Positions 26,217-39,799 of a stretch of DNA of 64,000 nt are shown in pieces (the first letter of the stretch is position 1; each line of letters opens with the position of its first letter). The stretch is from Batkoa obscura. Lineage: Eukaryota. Under the pieces are notes generated by a model. That model did not search any database and was not told where the DNA came from. It was given only the letters and a program-made list of their open reading frames with translations. A program made the translations under genes and the position numbers. The DNA is taken from assembly GCA_030770535.1 (NCBI GenBank), contig JASVEC010000013.1, forward strand, positions 310,001-374,000, written 5' to 3'.

Positions 26217-29200
26217 TTATTTCCTACTTGGTGGAAAACTACAATATCTATCTTCAACATAAACAATTTCAAAGATACCTAAAATAAAGTAATAATAAAA
26301 TAATTAGTAAATTACTCTTTATATCTCAAGTTTAATTATAAATTATAAATTTAATTTACCTTCTTCTTTTGTTTTTAAGTCATATTCTCTTTGGTTAATA
26401 TTTCGAATCATTGAAGTGGATTTTACTTGATTAGTTTTTAAATCTTGTTGTGTATATCGAATCGAAAAGGGAGCAACTAAAAATAATAAATTAAAATTCA
26501 TTAATAAAACTTTTAAAAAGATAAATAATCTTCTTTTTACTTACCACCTTCTAGTTTAACTGAGATATTAGCTTCTTCACCTAAATAAATTACAATGTAT
26601 TGTTAATATCAATTTTACTTTTATTTATAAATTCACTTACCTTGATGAATTTTCTCGACTTGATTTGAACTTTGAATAGTAGCTGATGGTAATTGATGGA
26701 TTTTTATTATTTCTGTCAATTCTTCATTACAACATATATCATCAATATGACATAGTTTTTCTACTTTAAATTTTCCTTCTTTATCTGCTAATCTTGAAAA
26801 TACAATATCTTCTAATTTAATTGGTCCTAATTGTTTTTCATTTAATGAATAATAAAATTGAAAGGGTGTTTCTCCTATTAATGAAAATTCCAATTGTTCA
26901 CCAACACATAAATCTTTATGGAAATGATACTTTATAGTTGGTATATCATATACTTGTATATTAATACTTTCAATATGCGGATTATTAAATTGACATTGAT
27001 GTTTATCTTGTATATTAATTAAATTTAATTTAAAGTTACCTATGGAATCATTAGGTAATTTTAATTCAAATTTAAATTGTTTTGTTTGAATATTTTTAAA
27101 TTCAATTGGATAACTATTACCATTAGGATCTACCCATTCTAATTCAATATTAAATGGAGCTTCACCAATTAAATTAAGTTGTAAATCTTTAATTGTACTT
27201 GATTTACATGCTTTAATATATCTTATTTTATTTGTTACAAAATTTGCTTTTGGATTTTTATAAACTAATTGCTCAATTTTTATAATATTTTCTAATTTAG
27301 TTAATTCATTATAATGCATATCTCCAATTTTATCTAAATGATATTCATTTAATCCATCATTATTTGTGTCTAAATTAAATAAATATTCATCTTTTAATAT
27401 ATTATCTTTAAATTTATCAAAATAATCCCCATTTTTTCCATTCTTAAATTTATAACCTAATTTAAATGGTCCATTTCCGTAAAATTTTAATTTTTGATTA
27501 GATAATTGATATTGACAAACTGGATTTAATTTAAATATATTATAATCATTATCATTATGTTCATTATCATCCATAACTAATTTAACTATTGGCTTATTAT
27601 AATATTTAATAATAAATTTATCTTCATTTTCAATTACTTCTCCTCTACAATAATCGTCTTTAACTGATATTAATCTATATTCTCCTTCTTCAAATACATT
27701 AATTGTAGCTTTATTATCTATAAGTTCAAAGGGTTTTAACTTATTATTTGGTGTTGATACAGTAAATCGCCATGGGGCTTCTCCTTCTAAATAAATTGGT
27801 AATTTAAATTCTTGACCTTGTTTACCATATAATATATTATTATTGTTATTATTATTATTATTAACTTCATCTTCATAAATAAATTGAATCTTAGGTTTTG
27901 TATCTCTTACATCGTAATTGATTGATGGTACATTTAATTTATTTTCACATCCATCAGCATCAATTATATTAGTTAATTGTATTATATGTTTACCAGTCAT
28001 AGTTGGTTTATCGATTTTTAATTTAATTGTTGAATCATGAATATCATTGATTACAAATTCTTTAATATTTTCATCATTTATAATTGAATATTCTAATTGT
28101 AATGGAAATTTACCATTTAATTGAACGGATAATTCATTTGATTGAATATTTTCATTTAAACATAATTTAATATTATTATTTTGTTTAGTAATAAATTTAG
28201 CTATTGGTTGGGCATTTACTTTTTGATAATATTCATTGGTTAGTTTTACTTGTCCATAAGCTTCATTTGTTAATTTTGTAAATTTATATTCATAACTTCC
28301 TGAATGTTCTGGTATAATTTTAATATAATTAATTAAATTCATTAATCTGATACTCTTTCTGTTATTAACTTTAATTCCATCATCTTGTTTTCCTATAATA
28401 TTATAATCTAAAACAAATGGAACATCACCTGTTAATGTTAAATTAAATTCCATACCAATTTCTTTATTACAAGTTGATAAAATAGGTTGATTATCCATCA
28501 TTAATTCTGGTTTAGGTAATCCCTCTACTTTAACTATTTTTGACTTAATCATTTCATTTCTACAATAGGCGTCTGTAACTGATAATATTTTATAATATCC
28601 TATATCTTTTACATAAAAATCATAATCATCATTAAATTGTTTCGTATCATAAATTTTATAATTTTCGATATTATTGCAATCTTTATCTAATTTACATAAT
28701 CCAATAGTAACATTAACATAAGGTTCTCCTTGAGCTGAAAATGATAATTGTTGTTCCTTTTTAATTGGAGATAAATATAATTTCTTATTTTTAAAATTAA
28801 AATAAGCATCTGGTTTAGAATGAGCTGTTAGATATCCTTTTAGTTCCTTTTCATTATTATATTTCTTTAACTCTTCGTGATCTATAATATTCCCATAATA
28901 ATCTTTAATCTTAGCAATTTGGTATTCATATTTTCCAGGTTTATCAAATTTAAAATCTACATTAAATTGTTGTTCTTTTAGTGTACCTTTTTCAATAATA
29001 TCTGTAATGATTGTTTTACTAAACATGTTATTTGATTGGTCTTTTAAATTATAAGTTACTTCCATTGGTCCAATACCATAAACTACTATATTCGTATTTA
29101 ATGGTTCTTTTGTTGTAGATAAACAATAATGAGAAGATTTAAGTTGATCATGTGATATATTATTAATCTTTGCAGTTGGACAAGGTGCTATATTTAATTC

Positions 29201-30451
29201 AAATTCCTTTCCTAATTTAGAAAATTGATTTCCTTCCCCATCATATACATTATTAAATCTATATATTCCAGGTTTATCGATACTATATTTATAATGACCA
29301 ACTACAATCTTATCTCCATTTTCTTTTATTTTAATATTATCTTTTGAAAATTGTTTCAATTTAATTGTTTCAATTTTACTCTTAGTTTCTCCAATTTTAC
29401 TATATTCCACTTCTATTTTACTTGGATTGGTACCGTTGATAAATATCAAAATACTATCCTTTTTATATTTATTATCTTTATCTCTAATTAAACAGAAATG
29501 ATGATCTTCAGTGTTGAATTTAACAGAACTATAGTAAAAATAAAAATGTCAACTCATAATTACATATATATAAAAACTTATTCTTACCTATCCGGTAATA
29601 TCTTCACTGTATATCTCCCTGAAAGATGTTGATTTCCAGTAATAACTTCTTCTCTACTTAACAGTTTATTATTACTTAATCCAATTCCTTGAAAGGTATC
29701 TCGAACTATTGGAACTAAAATATATTATTAAAACATTCAAAATTTCTATTTTAAAAAAAGCTTACTAGCTGATGGTGCTTCTGTCTTTGTACCAGGTAAA
29801 AAATAAGTCAATGGTGAAAATATCTAATTATAATATCCAATTATTAATACTATTATTTAACAAAAAATCAATTCGTCAATTACTTACCCACCCCATCTTA
29901 AAAACAATTAATGTATTAATTGCAGCCATAATAACCAATATTGCTCCAAGAGTTTTACTTTCAAATTCTCTTTTAGTCTCAAATAAATTAAAATACATGA
30001 TAAATCCCAATAACATAGAATCTAACAAAGTCCATTTTAACACTGCATATAATTGATAAAATAACCACACTTCCGAATCACTCTCCTCACTTATCTCAAA
30101 TATATACAATATTTTCATAAAATAATAACTTGAAATAAGTAATAATAATAATAGAATTTGTAAAGTATATGGGATAGAGAACTTTGAGAGAAAATTATTG
30201 GATTGTTCTGCTGGATTACGATATACCAAATTACGAATACCTCCTTCACTGAGTGAATTTCTATTTCCTTGTGGTTTAACCTCTCGGATACTATTGTTTA
30301 CTCCATTAGTGGTAGGATTGGTAGAACTATTTTCTGTTTGTGGTGTAAATAATCTTTCTTCTTGCTCATTGGTCTTCAATAAAGCTTTTCGTCGATTTGA
30401 AATGGTACTTTGTGTTAAACCAACACTTAGATTGGTATCGTCAAAATCCAT
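26217..30451 (-). CDS. POM152: Nuclear pore membrane glycoprotein Pom152 (multi-exon)
   Basis: N-terminal transmembrane exon (29876..30451 ORF), repeated Ig-like modules with G..PF..Y and D.YC motifs in the 938-aa ORF, and last exon GIFEIVYVEDRYCSFPPSRK* (stop 26217-26219) matching the Pom152 C-terminus. Confidence 0.88.
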
Positions 30452-31719
30452 AGTGATATCCTTTATTCTATGTCCTTTATGTTAATTCTTTTTATATTGC
30501 TGATACGAGCAAGATGGTGATTACCCTTTAGTATTAATAAATTTGGAAATGGTGATAAAAAATGAAAACCAAAGGTGGTAATTTTTTGAGTGAAAAAAAT
30601 CGATCCGATGATTGGCTCAATCAATGAAGGTTATGGGATCATGTGAGTAATGAGAAAAATTGAAGCTTAAGCAATTAGTGACGTAGGTAAATTGAATTTT
30701 ATATTGAGTGGAAGATTATAATTCAACTTGGGTAATTCCAATGTTATTCTTTGGCCCTCTCTCTTTATTGTCTTTATAACAGCTCAATTTTGGAATAATA
30801 CTTCACTTAATTATAATTAAAAAGTTAAAATTAAAAAGTTGATGCATGACAAAGTTGCTTATTTATCAATAATCTTTTAATGTATTTTTTATAGTTGGAT
30901 TATTTTTAATAATAGATATAGTGATGCTTATAATAATTATTCATATAATTAATGACAAAAATCAATAACGCATTCAAAATAAAAAATTATTCAAAGCTAA
31001 TTAATAATGATTTAAAAACTGTAATGCATTTTTTTACAGAATCTAATATGACTTTTTTCAATAGAAAATCTTGAAGAAACCAGAAACTTCCAAATGTTTC
31101 ATTGTTGGGAGGAAATGAAATAAAGGATTAAATGACTTCAAAGATAATTAGGAATAATTTGGGAAGGGACAGGAATCGAGGAACTATGCAATTAGAGGGG
31201 AAAACTTTAGCTTAACTTGACCAGCTTTGGAGTTGAGTAGGTTAAGTTTAAGGGCGATGAATTTTAATTTGTAGAGAACAACTCAAGACCAAAAGATAAA
31301 AGTTGAAGATGTTAATACAAATTAAGTTATTAATGATTTAAATAATAACTATTAAGTTTTGATAATAGAATATTCAATTTCAATAAAGCAAAAAAACAAT
31401 GGATTAATGAGATATATGATATTGATGTATAAGTTTTATAATTAAATGATATTGAATCAAAGCTATTATTTTATTATATGATTTTAAATTTATTATTTTT
31501 TGTAAATTTTTATATAGCTTTGTTATTAAATTTTAATAAAAAAAAGTTAGTTTTTAAATAACTTTATAAAAAAATATAAAATTAATAAAATTATATTAGC
31601 ATAAGTTATTTAATTAAAAAGTAAATTTCATATATAAACAATTAATAAATTACTATATAAAATTTGAAATTAATTAAATAAGATAAAAATTAATATGATT
31701 ATTATTGAATATAAAAAAA

Positions 31720-32733
31720 TCAAGGACTGTATGGAAAAGCAGATTGAGAAGCATTTGGTAGTGCTTTTAAATTCAATTTAGCTAACATTTTATCTACTTG
31801 TTTACGAGCTGGATCATGAATTAATAAAACAAATAATGGATTTATAATACCAGTAAATGAATTAAATATATGACTAAATGTAGTTATACTTGGATCAATA
31901 TATCTTGGACTTAAAGCCAAGAATAATGAGATTGTTGCATTTGGTAATATAAATATTATATAAGCTAATATCATACCACTTAACTTTAATGTGGTCCACA
32001 ACTTAATACTTAATACTTTAGCTTTTATATCACTATGCTGAGAATAAAAGCTTCCTTTTAGTGGGGACTCGTTTTCATTACAAATCTCCCATCTATCCGA
32101 CAATGTATACTTTGAACTTACATTTTTGATTTTTAATGATAATTGTTTATTATAAGCTAAATTTAAATTAAAGTAACAAAATACAATGATAATTAAACTA
32201 AGTAGAAATCTTGTCATAAATAAAATATAAGTAAATTTAGCAAATGTCGTATTATTGGACGTTTGTTTAGGAAAAGGCAAACATACTAGTTTTGATGGTG
32301 ACCAAAAATAAGGATCTTTATAATGTAAATTGAATAATGCTGTTCCTAAAGATAATAAAATTGATATTGAAGATATGACATACCAAACTAGACTAGATAT
32401 CTTATATTTGGTACAAATAGCAAAATATCTCATTAAACCTAAAATAGCTACTAACTCTAAGGAAGATTCTAATGTTATTATTACTATTATTGTGTCACTC
32501 GCGCACCACCAATTAGGGAATAAAGCTGTATCTTGATTGAAACTAGTCATTAATGATACCCTTACAACTGAATTTATATAAAACAAGCAATCAAAAATAC
32601 CAATTATTAATATTAATTTTAAATCCGTGCCTTTTAATTTTAACTTAATAACAATTATATAAAACATTGTAATATTAATTATTATGCCTACTAAAGCTTG
32701 AATTAATACTGTTATTTCTCCTACGTAGCTCAT
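31720..32733 (-). CDS. Class A-like 7TM receptor, subfamily I
   Basis: 337 aa, colinear with and mostly identical to 20109..21122; WWC, MRY, KLVCLP, INPLF. Confidence 0.82.
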   Translation of the reverse strand: MSYVGEITVLIQALVGIIINITMFYIIVIKLKLKGTDLKLILIIGIFDCLFYINSVVRVSLMTSFNQDTALFPNWWCASDTIIVIITLESSLELVAILGLMRYFAICTKYKISSLVWYVISSISILLSLGTALFNLHYKDPYFWSPSKLVCLPFPKQTSNNTTFAKFTYILFMTRFLLSLIIIVFCYFNLNLAYNKQLSLKIKNVSSKYTLSDRWEICNENESPLKGSFYSQHSDIKAKVLSIKLWTTLKLSGMILAYIIFILPNATISLFLALSPRYIDPSITTFSHIFNSFTGIINPLFVLLIHDPARKQVDKMLAKLNLKALPNASQSAFPYSP

Positions 32734-34110
32734 CTTTTATTGTTAAGTTGTTAAAATATTAAATTTCAAAAGGTTGAAAAGAAGTTAAAAAGATTTAACA
32801 TAATTATCTTTAATATGAAATTTATCTTATCTTATGTTATTGCCTTAAGTAATAACTATATTTTACTAGTTGTTTTTATAGCTTTTTTTTATAAAAGTGG
32901 TTACACTAATGGTTCAAATGTTTTAGAAAAGTACTCGTTTTTAGTTATTTTTTTGAATATATTAAAGAAAAATAATAAAAAATAAAAGTATTTAATTAAG
33001 CTACTAATACAATTTTCAATAATATAAAATGAAAAATAGAATGAAAAATTTAACTACTATAAAATATTAGAGCCATTGGTATATCCACTATAAATATGCT
33101 TTCTTACTTTTCTTTTATCGAAAAAGTGCTATCATCATTTACTAATGAATGTATTCTCATTTCTAATAAAGTCTTTAAAAAACATTAATTTTTAAGAGGG
33201 TTTAGTGCTATGTTTTACAAAGAAGCTACTTATTTTTATTAAAGGACCAGCCAGATATACCATCTTAATAAGTCTTGGCAAGCGTATGATCTGAAGAATG
33301 AATTAACTTTTAAAAAGAGTTTATATATTATTATTGTGCTTTATTTCCAGTGATAATATTTTAAATTCTATTTTTTAATCAACTAAATTTTGAATAATGC
33401 AGCATTTTGAAGCATTTGTCTCAGTAAAATCAAAGTTATAAGTCTATTCAAAATAAATGATATATATTTACTAAAAGCTGCTTAGTAAATTTGTCTCATT
33501 TATTTTGAGTTGAGTTATAATAAGCTTATGAAAAAATCATCCGAATGAATGCCATGAAATTCAATAAAATATTAGAGTCTGCAAATAGCTTTTGATTTCT
33601 TTGATGAAGGATTAGTGGAGAATATGTAGTATTATAAATATCCGATTATTTTTACAATCAACTACAAATTTTTTTTAATCGGATTAAATAAGCAGTATGC
33701 TATACCTTTTATAACAAGAAATCTAGTAAACTAAAGCTTGCTTTTTTTTGAATTTTAATATTGAATTTATTTTGATGATGTTACAAAAAGTATAACATCT
33801 TTTATTCGGTCCAACTGTAATATTTTTTCATATTTGATATGAAAAGAACGCCTGGAGCTAATGATTTACATAAATTTTAAACTTAAAGCCAGTAAATGCT
33901 TATAATAAACTTAACAATGAATATAGTTGTTAAAGTTTAATTGTGCAGTGAAAAACTATCCATTAGGAATAAAATATCATACAATTTCGCTAAAGCTTAA
34001 GGATTGTGCTTTGGAAAAAGCAACCACAAATACTAGCCTAAGAAATTTTGTGAGGAACTATATTTAAATTTTAACAGCTATCTGATAGAAAAAAGGTTTT
34101 TGGATTCAAT

Positions 34111-34170
34111 AATTGTTAATTGTTAATTGTTAATTGTTAATTGTTAATTGTTAATTGTTAATTGTTAATT
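34111..34170. repeat. (AATTGTT)n heptamer microsatellite in the 3' flank of Gly/Ser gene copy 1; mirrored at ~41597-41655
   Basis: About 8 tandem AATTGTT units. Confidence 0.85.
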
Positions 34171-34202
34171 TTAATTTTAAGTATTACTTTTTATTTATTA
34201 AA

Positions 34203-34880
34203 TTAATAGTATGGGGTAGCTTTATTATGGGCATCGAAGTTAGTACCAGCACCAATGACACCAAGTCCAGTAGATGAACCATAGTTGTTAGAAGAACCGA
34301 TAGATCCAGCTCCAGTAGCAATGATTCCAACATTGTTACCAGCATTAGTACCAGAGTATGAACCAAGGGATTGACCATAACTAGTACCTGAACCAGTGAC
34401 ACCAGATTGATTAAAGATGTTGCCTTGAGAAGCTTGGAAGTTGGTAGATGATCCAAAACCAGCAGAGCCCAAGGTGACACCAGAAGTATTACCAGAACCA
34501 GCAGAGCCTAAAGCGTTACTGGTACTTCCAAAAGTAGATCCTACATTAACAAATCCATTATCACCAGTAGCACCAGAAATAGCATTGTTGCCAGATGAAA
34601 AATTGTTGCTGTATGGGGTAGCAGCTCCTGCAGCTACATTAGAACTAGCACCAAAAGATGAACCTGGTCCTGAACCAACACCAGCTGAATTACCGAAACT
34701 AGTACTGGAACCACTTCCAGCTGCAGCACCAAAAGATGAGTTTACAGCAACACTTCCTCCATGAGTTACACCACCAATAGCACCTGAACCACTGACTTGA
34801 GATATAGAGTTATCTGGAACTGGAACAGCAAGGATGGAAGTCAAAGCCAAGACAATCATGAAAGGGATAGATTTAACCAT
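34203..34880 (-). CDS. Secreted Gly/Ser/Asn-rich low-complexity protein, copy 1
   Basis: Signal peptide MVKSIPFMIVLALTSILA|VPVP, biased codon usage (GGT/TCT/GCT), TATA-like element upstream; three identical copies in the window. Confidence 0.85.
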   Translation of the reverse strand: MVKSIPFMIVLALTSILAVPVPDNSISQVSGSGAIGGVTHGGSVAVNSSFGAAAGSGSSTSFGNSAGVGSGPGSSFGASSNVAAGAATPYSNNFSSGNNAISGATGDNGFVNVGSTFGSTSNALGSAGSGNTSGVTLGSAGFGSSTNFQASQGNIFNQSGVTGSGTSYGQSLGSYSGTNAGNNVGIIATGAGSIGSSNNYGSSTGLGVIGAGTNFDAHNKATPYY

Positions 34881-35735
34881 TTTAATAATTAGAGTAGTAT
34901 TAATAATTTTAATAAATTAAGAGATAGATAGAATTGATTTTTGATATTAATTGTTGATACTTTTCTGTCGTTTATATACTATTTTTTTGAAGCACTTATT
35001 TCTAAAGTTTAGTCTATTTTCTGTTTTATAATATCATCAATCAACTTTAATCAGTTGTATATTGGGTGTAATTGCTGATTTCTTATATTGTGTGCTTTTT
35101 TCCTATTCCTTCCCCCCCCAATTTTCCCTTAGTTTTAAATTTTCCCCTAATTTTTAATTGATTAATTTCAATCTAGCATTAAGTTTTAATCTATTGAAGT
35201 TAATCTAGCACTAACACGCACTACAATTTTAGCCATTTTATGCTAAACTTTTTAAGCTAAAATTGTTAGTTTGGTAGGGTGCATTCACGTAAATTTTTAG
35301 ATTTTTAAACCATTTAAATATTCTATTCACATATGCTAAGAATCTTAATGCCTTTATGTAATATTAAATTATTTTCATGATATATGATCTTAGTGTTTTT
35401 ATTACTTTTCAGATATTATATTTATGTTAAAATTTCAAAAAACTTTTATGCTATTATTATAGTTAAGGATGGAATTAATTATTTGCTACTACTTTAAAGA
35501 AAGACAAATATCAAGCGTAAATGATTGTTTTTAAAATAAGTATCAATATTGATTTTGGTTTAATTGTCCTTCACTTTTATCTGATACAAAGTTAAAAACA
35601 TTTATTAGTTAAATATTGAAACAGGAATCAACACTCAAATATTTTGGTGCAATTTTTGATAACTCGAAAGCCCAAGTGATTTTATTTGATAAAATAAAAA
35701 AACATTATAAAAATCTTTCTATGAATTAAAACATA

Positions 35736-35842
35736 ATATGGGGATGTATTTTTTTGTTTAAGAATTTTACTAACAATTTTTCCGCTCAAATAACGCTTAA
35801 AAAATGGAAAAAATAATGAAACCAAAAAAAACATCCTCATAT
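35736..35842 (-). mobile_element. MITE family A copy
   Basis: ATATGGGGATGT...ACATCCTCATAT. Confidence 0.85.
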
Positions 35843-36212
35843 GATAAATAAAATTAATGGACAAAACTTGATATAAAAAATTTTCCGTTATTTAAGACTA
35901 GATACCTAACATGATAACTTAAATCGTTCTTTTAACCAAGTGAAATTTCATTATACTAATAAAGATCAGATATTAGAATTTTTAAAATGAGAAGAAATTG
36001 AAATTATGACAAACGAATGTTAAATTATCCAAATACTGATAGCAATAATAAGGGATTGTATTAACTCTTGAAGATGAAATGTAATATAGTTATTACATTA
36101 AAGTCGGAAGATGAGACACCAAGAGACTAATTTATGCTAAACTTAATGTAAATTTGCTTTTGTAGCCTACAGCAGCAGTACAATAAATAAAGATATAATA
36201 TATTTTCTTAAA

Positions 36213-36314
36213 ATATGGTAATGTATTTTTGTGTTTAAGAATTTTACTAACAATTTTTCCGCTAATAGCACTTAAAAGATGGAAAAAATGAAGCCAAAAA
36301 AAAACACCCCATAT
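36213..36314 (-). mobile_element. MITE family A copy
   Basis: ATATGGTAATGT...ACACCCCATAT, about 60 bp downstream of Gly/Ser gene copy 2. Confidence 0.8.
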
Positions 36315-36377
36315 AAACAATTAAGTTAATAGTAGGAAACATAATAGTTTAAATTAGAAGATACTTTTATTAACAAA

Positions 36378-37055
36378 TTAATAGTATGGGGTAGCTTTAT
36401 TATGGGCATCGAAGTTAGTACCAGCACCAATGACACCAAGTCCAGTAGATGAACCATAGTTGTTAGAAGAACCGATAGATCCAGCTCCAGTAGCAATGAT
36501 TCCAACATTGTTACCAGCATTAGTACCAGAGTATGAACCAAGGGATTGACCATAACTAGTACCTGAACCAGTGACACCAGATTGATTAAAGATGTTGCCT
36601 TGAGAAGCTTGGAAGTTGGTAGATGATCCAAAACCAGCAGAGCCCAAGGTGACACCAGAAGTATTACCAGAACCAGCAGAGCCTAAAGCGTTACTGGTAC
36701 TTCCAAAAGTAGATCCTACATTAACAAATCCATTATCACCAGTAGCACCAGAAATAGCATTGTTGCCAGATGAAAAATTGTTGCTGTATGGGGTAGCAGC
36801 TCCTGCAGCTACATTAGAACTAGCACCAAAAGATGAACCTGGTCCTGAACCAACACCAGCTGAATTACCGAAACTAGTACTGGAACCACTTCCAGCTGCA
36901 GCACCAAAAGATGAGTTTACAGCAACACTTCCTCCATGAGTTACACCACCAATAGCACCTGAACCACTGACTTGAGATATAGAGTTATCTGGAACTGGAA
37001 CAGCAAGGATGGAAGTCAAAGCCAAGACAATCATGAAAGGGATAGATTTAACCAT
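36378..37055 (-). CDS. Secreted Gly/Ser/Asn-rich protein, copy 2
   Basis: 225-aa translation identical to copies 1 and 3; flanks differ beyond ~36375 and ~37101. Confidence 0.85.
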   Translation of the reverse strand: MVKSIPFMIVLALTSILAVPVPDNSISQVSGSGAIGGVTHGGSVAVNSSFGAAAGSGSSTSFGNSAGVGSGPGSSFGASSNVAAGAATPYSNNFSSGNNAISGATGDNGFVNVGSTFGSTSNALGSAGSGNTSGVTLGSAGFGSSTNFQASQGNIFNQSGVTGSGTSYGQSLGSYSGTNAGNNVGIIATGAGSIGSSNNYGSSTGLGVIGAGTNFDAHNKATPYY

Positions 37056-38229
37056 TTTAATAATTAGAGTAGTATTAATAATTTTAATAAATTAAGAGAT
37101 ATTAGTTTGTTTTGATAATTCTTTTGAGTATCATTTCGGATGTTTATATAGCCTCAATAACGGTAGTCTATAGATTTTATTTTTAGTTTAAGGCTATTAT
37201 TAGATAGTACATATCTCCACTAAAAAGCTCAACTTTCATCGTCCCTTAAATTGGTGGCAATTTTTTGAATACCCAATTTATAAAACTGTTTCAATTCTAT
37301 TGCGAATTAATTAATCACTTATTTAGGCGCAAAATCCATGCTAAAGTATTAATAGTATATAGAAGTAAAGCATTAAAAAATCAGTTAAATAAATCATTTA
37401 GCTGTAAAAATTGCCACTATAAGTTCACAAAAGAGTTGAAAGAGCTGTATGGCTATAGTTTGAGAAAAAAATAAGGAAATAAGGGAGTTATACCAGATTG
37501 AGATTGGGTGTTAAATTTTAAACCCAGCTTTTTTTAAAATTAGCTTTGTGGCATTGAACTCAACTTAAGTTTTAACTGGAATTTACAAGACTTTTGTCAA
37601 ATTTAAAAACTCTTTAACTAAAATTAATCAAGTTAGCTAACCAGAATCTAATCAAGATGTAGGTATAGGTAAAATTTTTTGTTTTCTAAAGAAACCATTC
37701 AATACCATTGTTAAATAATAATATACCTGTTACGCATATTAGTCAATCTATGAGCTATTCGATGTAGCTAAACCAAACATAACATCTAGATCGGTTCGAA
37801 TATACAAACACTCAAAAATATTCATATTTTAAAACACCACACAAAATTATCGTTACATTAAATTATTCATTAATGTAGATAAAAACTGGCTAAAAGCTTT
37901 ATCTTATTGCACAATGGTCTTAATTATAAAATATCTCTAATAAGACTCGATTAAGCTCACACCTAAAACCCTGGAAATAAATAGCTATGAATTGGATTAA
38001 TTATTCAAATTACTTTTAGGTCAATAGAATTAAACTCTGATAACTATTAAAATATCAAATTATTATACCAATTTATTTTAAAAAAATTATCATCTGCTCT
38101 ATAATAATTTGTTTTATTTAACTAATATATATCAACCATCTTAAAACATCTTATAGACAAAACTATTACTGAGTTTAAATTTTTTTTACTTGATGAGAAA
38201 CTCATTTAAGTTTAAAATAATCCTTGTAC

Positions 38230-38830
38230 ATTTTAAACATCCTCTGTATAAGCCAATAAGTTTGTTTATATCAATTTATCCAACCATGTTCACAAAGACA
38301 ATCCTTGAACTACACACCAGAGTTAGTTTCACTGATGTTGTGGATATAGAAGAATATAAAAAAAAACTACATCCACAAATGCGTTTCACCATAACGGCAA
38401 TTTATTTAAAGCATTGCTACTAAAAAGGGTATTATTTATTAGCTTTATACCTTGATAGTCCTTTATGGCATATGCTAAAAGCTTTATTGAATCTTGACAA
38501 CAAATTTAATGAAATACTTATTATATGTTTAAAATATATTGAAACTTCAATAACTTATTCGGTTGTCTTTTATCCATGTCCTGCACTTGGTTTTTAAAAT
38601 AGATTTTAAAAGGTTATAGCGCCAAATAACTCTGTCCAAGTTAATATTATTAATGCCAATCAATCACATCAATGCGTAAGTGTTCTCAATGTATGAGGAC
38701 TTGACTATGAATACTATATTGTTCTTGAAGCATTAGAATCAAATAACCGATAGTTATTATTCTACATCAGTAAAATGGGATTTATTTAAGCTCTTAGCTA
38801 AGAGAGGGATGCTTACGTCAGACTAATAAA
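38230..38830 (+). mobile_element. Possible highly degenerate hAT transposase relic
   Basis: Broken plus-strand fragments in hAT order: ALYLDS..HMLKAL (cf. TDNA.NM.KA), GC/IHVLHLVFK (cf. C..H.L.L.VK), TSVKWDLFKLLAKR (cf. TRWNSTY.ML.R). Confidence 0.3.
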
Positions 38831-39292
38831 TTAGATGATTAACTTTGAAGTTACTTTCATATTTTTAATGTTTAATTAGATAATGAAATTCCAAATCCTT
38901 TTTATTACCTTACTAAAGCATAAAACTATATTAGTGGGAGCACACAGTTGAAATACTTTTAAAACGCCTACCCTTCCAAAGGCAGCTTTTGACCTATTAA
39001 AACTACGTAACCATTTCCAGAATTTTCAAACTTTCATACAAGTGCTTAAGCATCTTTATGAAAATGAGAATAAAAATATTATACTGTTATTTGCCTAGCT
39101 TATAAAAAGCATATCAAAACTAATGTTATAATCTTTTTGAATTTATTAAATAATACATTCTACCTAGAATAAGTATTAAAACAATAAACAAAATTTAAAA
39201 CTCAAGTCCAAAAATAAAAGAGGAAGGCAAATAATATCAATTTCAAAATTTTAATAAATAGCTTTGGAAATCATCAATATACTTTTTTCCTA

Positions 39293-39799
39293 TTAGTAGT
39301 AGCTAGATGGTGGAGTTACAGGAGGAGTATTATAGCCTGGTGGGGACACTGGAGGGGTATTATAACCTGGTGGAGATACTGGGGGAGTATTATAACCAGG
39401 AGGAGATACTGGAGGAGTATTGTAACCTGGTGGGGATACTGGTGGAGTGTTGTAACCAGGAGGAGATACTGGAGGAGTATTATAACCAGGAGGAGATACT
39501 GGAGGGGTATTGTAACCTGGTGGGGATACTGGTGGAGTGTTATAACCTGGTGGAGATACTGGAGGAGTATAGTCGCCAGGAGGAGATACTGGAGGAGTAT
39601 TATAACCAGGTGGAGTCACAGGTGGAGTCTTATAACCTGGTGGAGATACTGGAGGAGTATTATAACCTGGAGGAGATACTGGAGGAGTATTGTAACCAGG
39701 TGGAGTCACAGGTGGAGTCTTATAGCTTGGAGGGGTAACAGTATAAGAGTTAACACCTGCCAAAGCGGTTAATGTTACAGCAATTAAAAAAGATCTCAT
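39293..39799 (-). CDS. Secreted Pro-rich decapeptide-repeat (YNTPPVSPPG x14) extensin-like protein
   Basis: Signal peptide MRSFLIAVTLTALAGVNS, 14 tandem 10-aa repeats with synonymous variation between units, C-terminal SYY. Confidence 0.85.
   Translation of the reverse strand: MRSFLIAVTLTALAGVNSYTVTPPSYKTPPVTPPGYNTPPVSPPGYNTPPVSPPGYKTPPVTPPGYNTPPVSPPGDYTPPVSPPGYNTPPVSPPGYNTPPVSPPGYNTPPVSPPGYNTPPVSPPGYNTPPVSPPGYNTPPVSPPGYNTPPVSPPGYNTPPVTPPSSYY

Larger units (their letters stand above)
33892..34959 (-). repeat. 1068-bp inverted repeat, left arm (pairs with 40807..41874)
   Basis: Covers the 5' UTR, CDS copy 1, (AATTGTT)n microsatellite and ~310 bp of 3' flank; read by eye as identical to the reverse complement of 40807..41874. 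Confidence 0.9.

Noticed and set aside
39307..39738. Plus-strand Glu/Tyr-rich repeat ORF
   Set aside because: Antisense shadow of the Pro-rich repeat gene; the minus frame has the signal peptide, and inter-repeat changes are synonymous there.
39300..39740. 30-bp repeats as a CRISPR-like array
   Set aside because: Contiguous coding tandem repeats without unique spacers, in a eukaryotic context with no cas genes.
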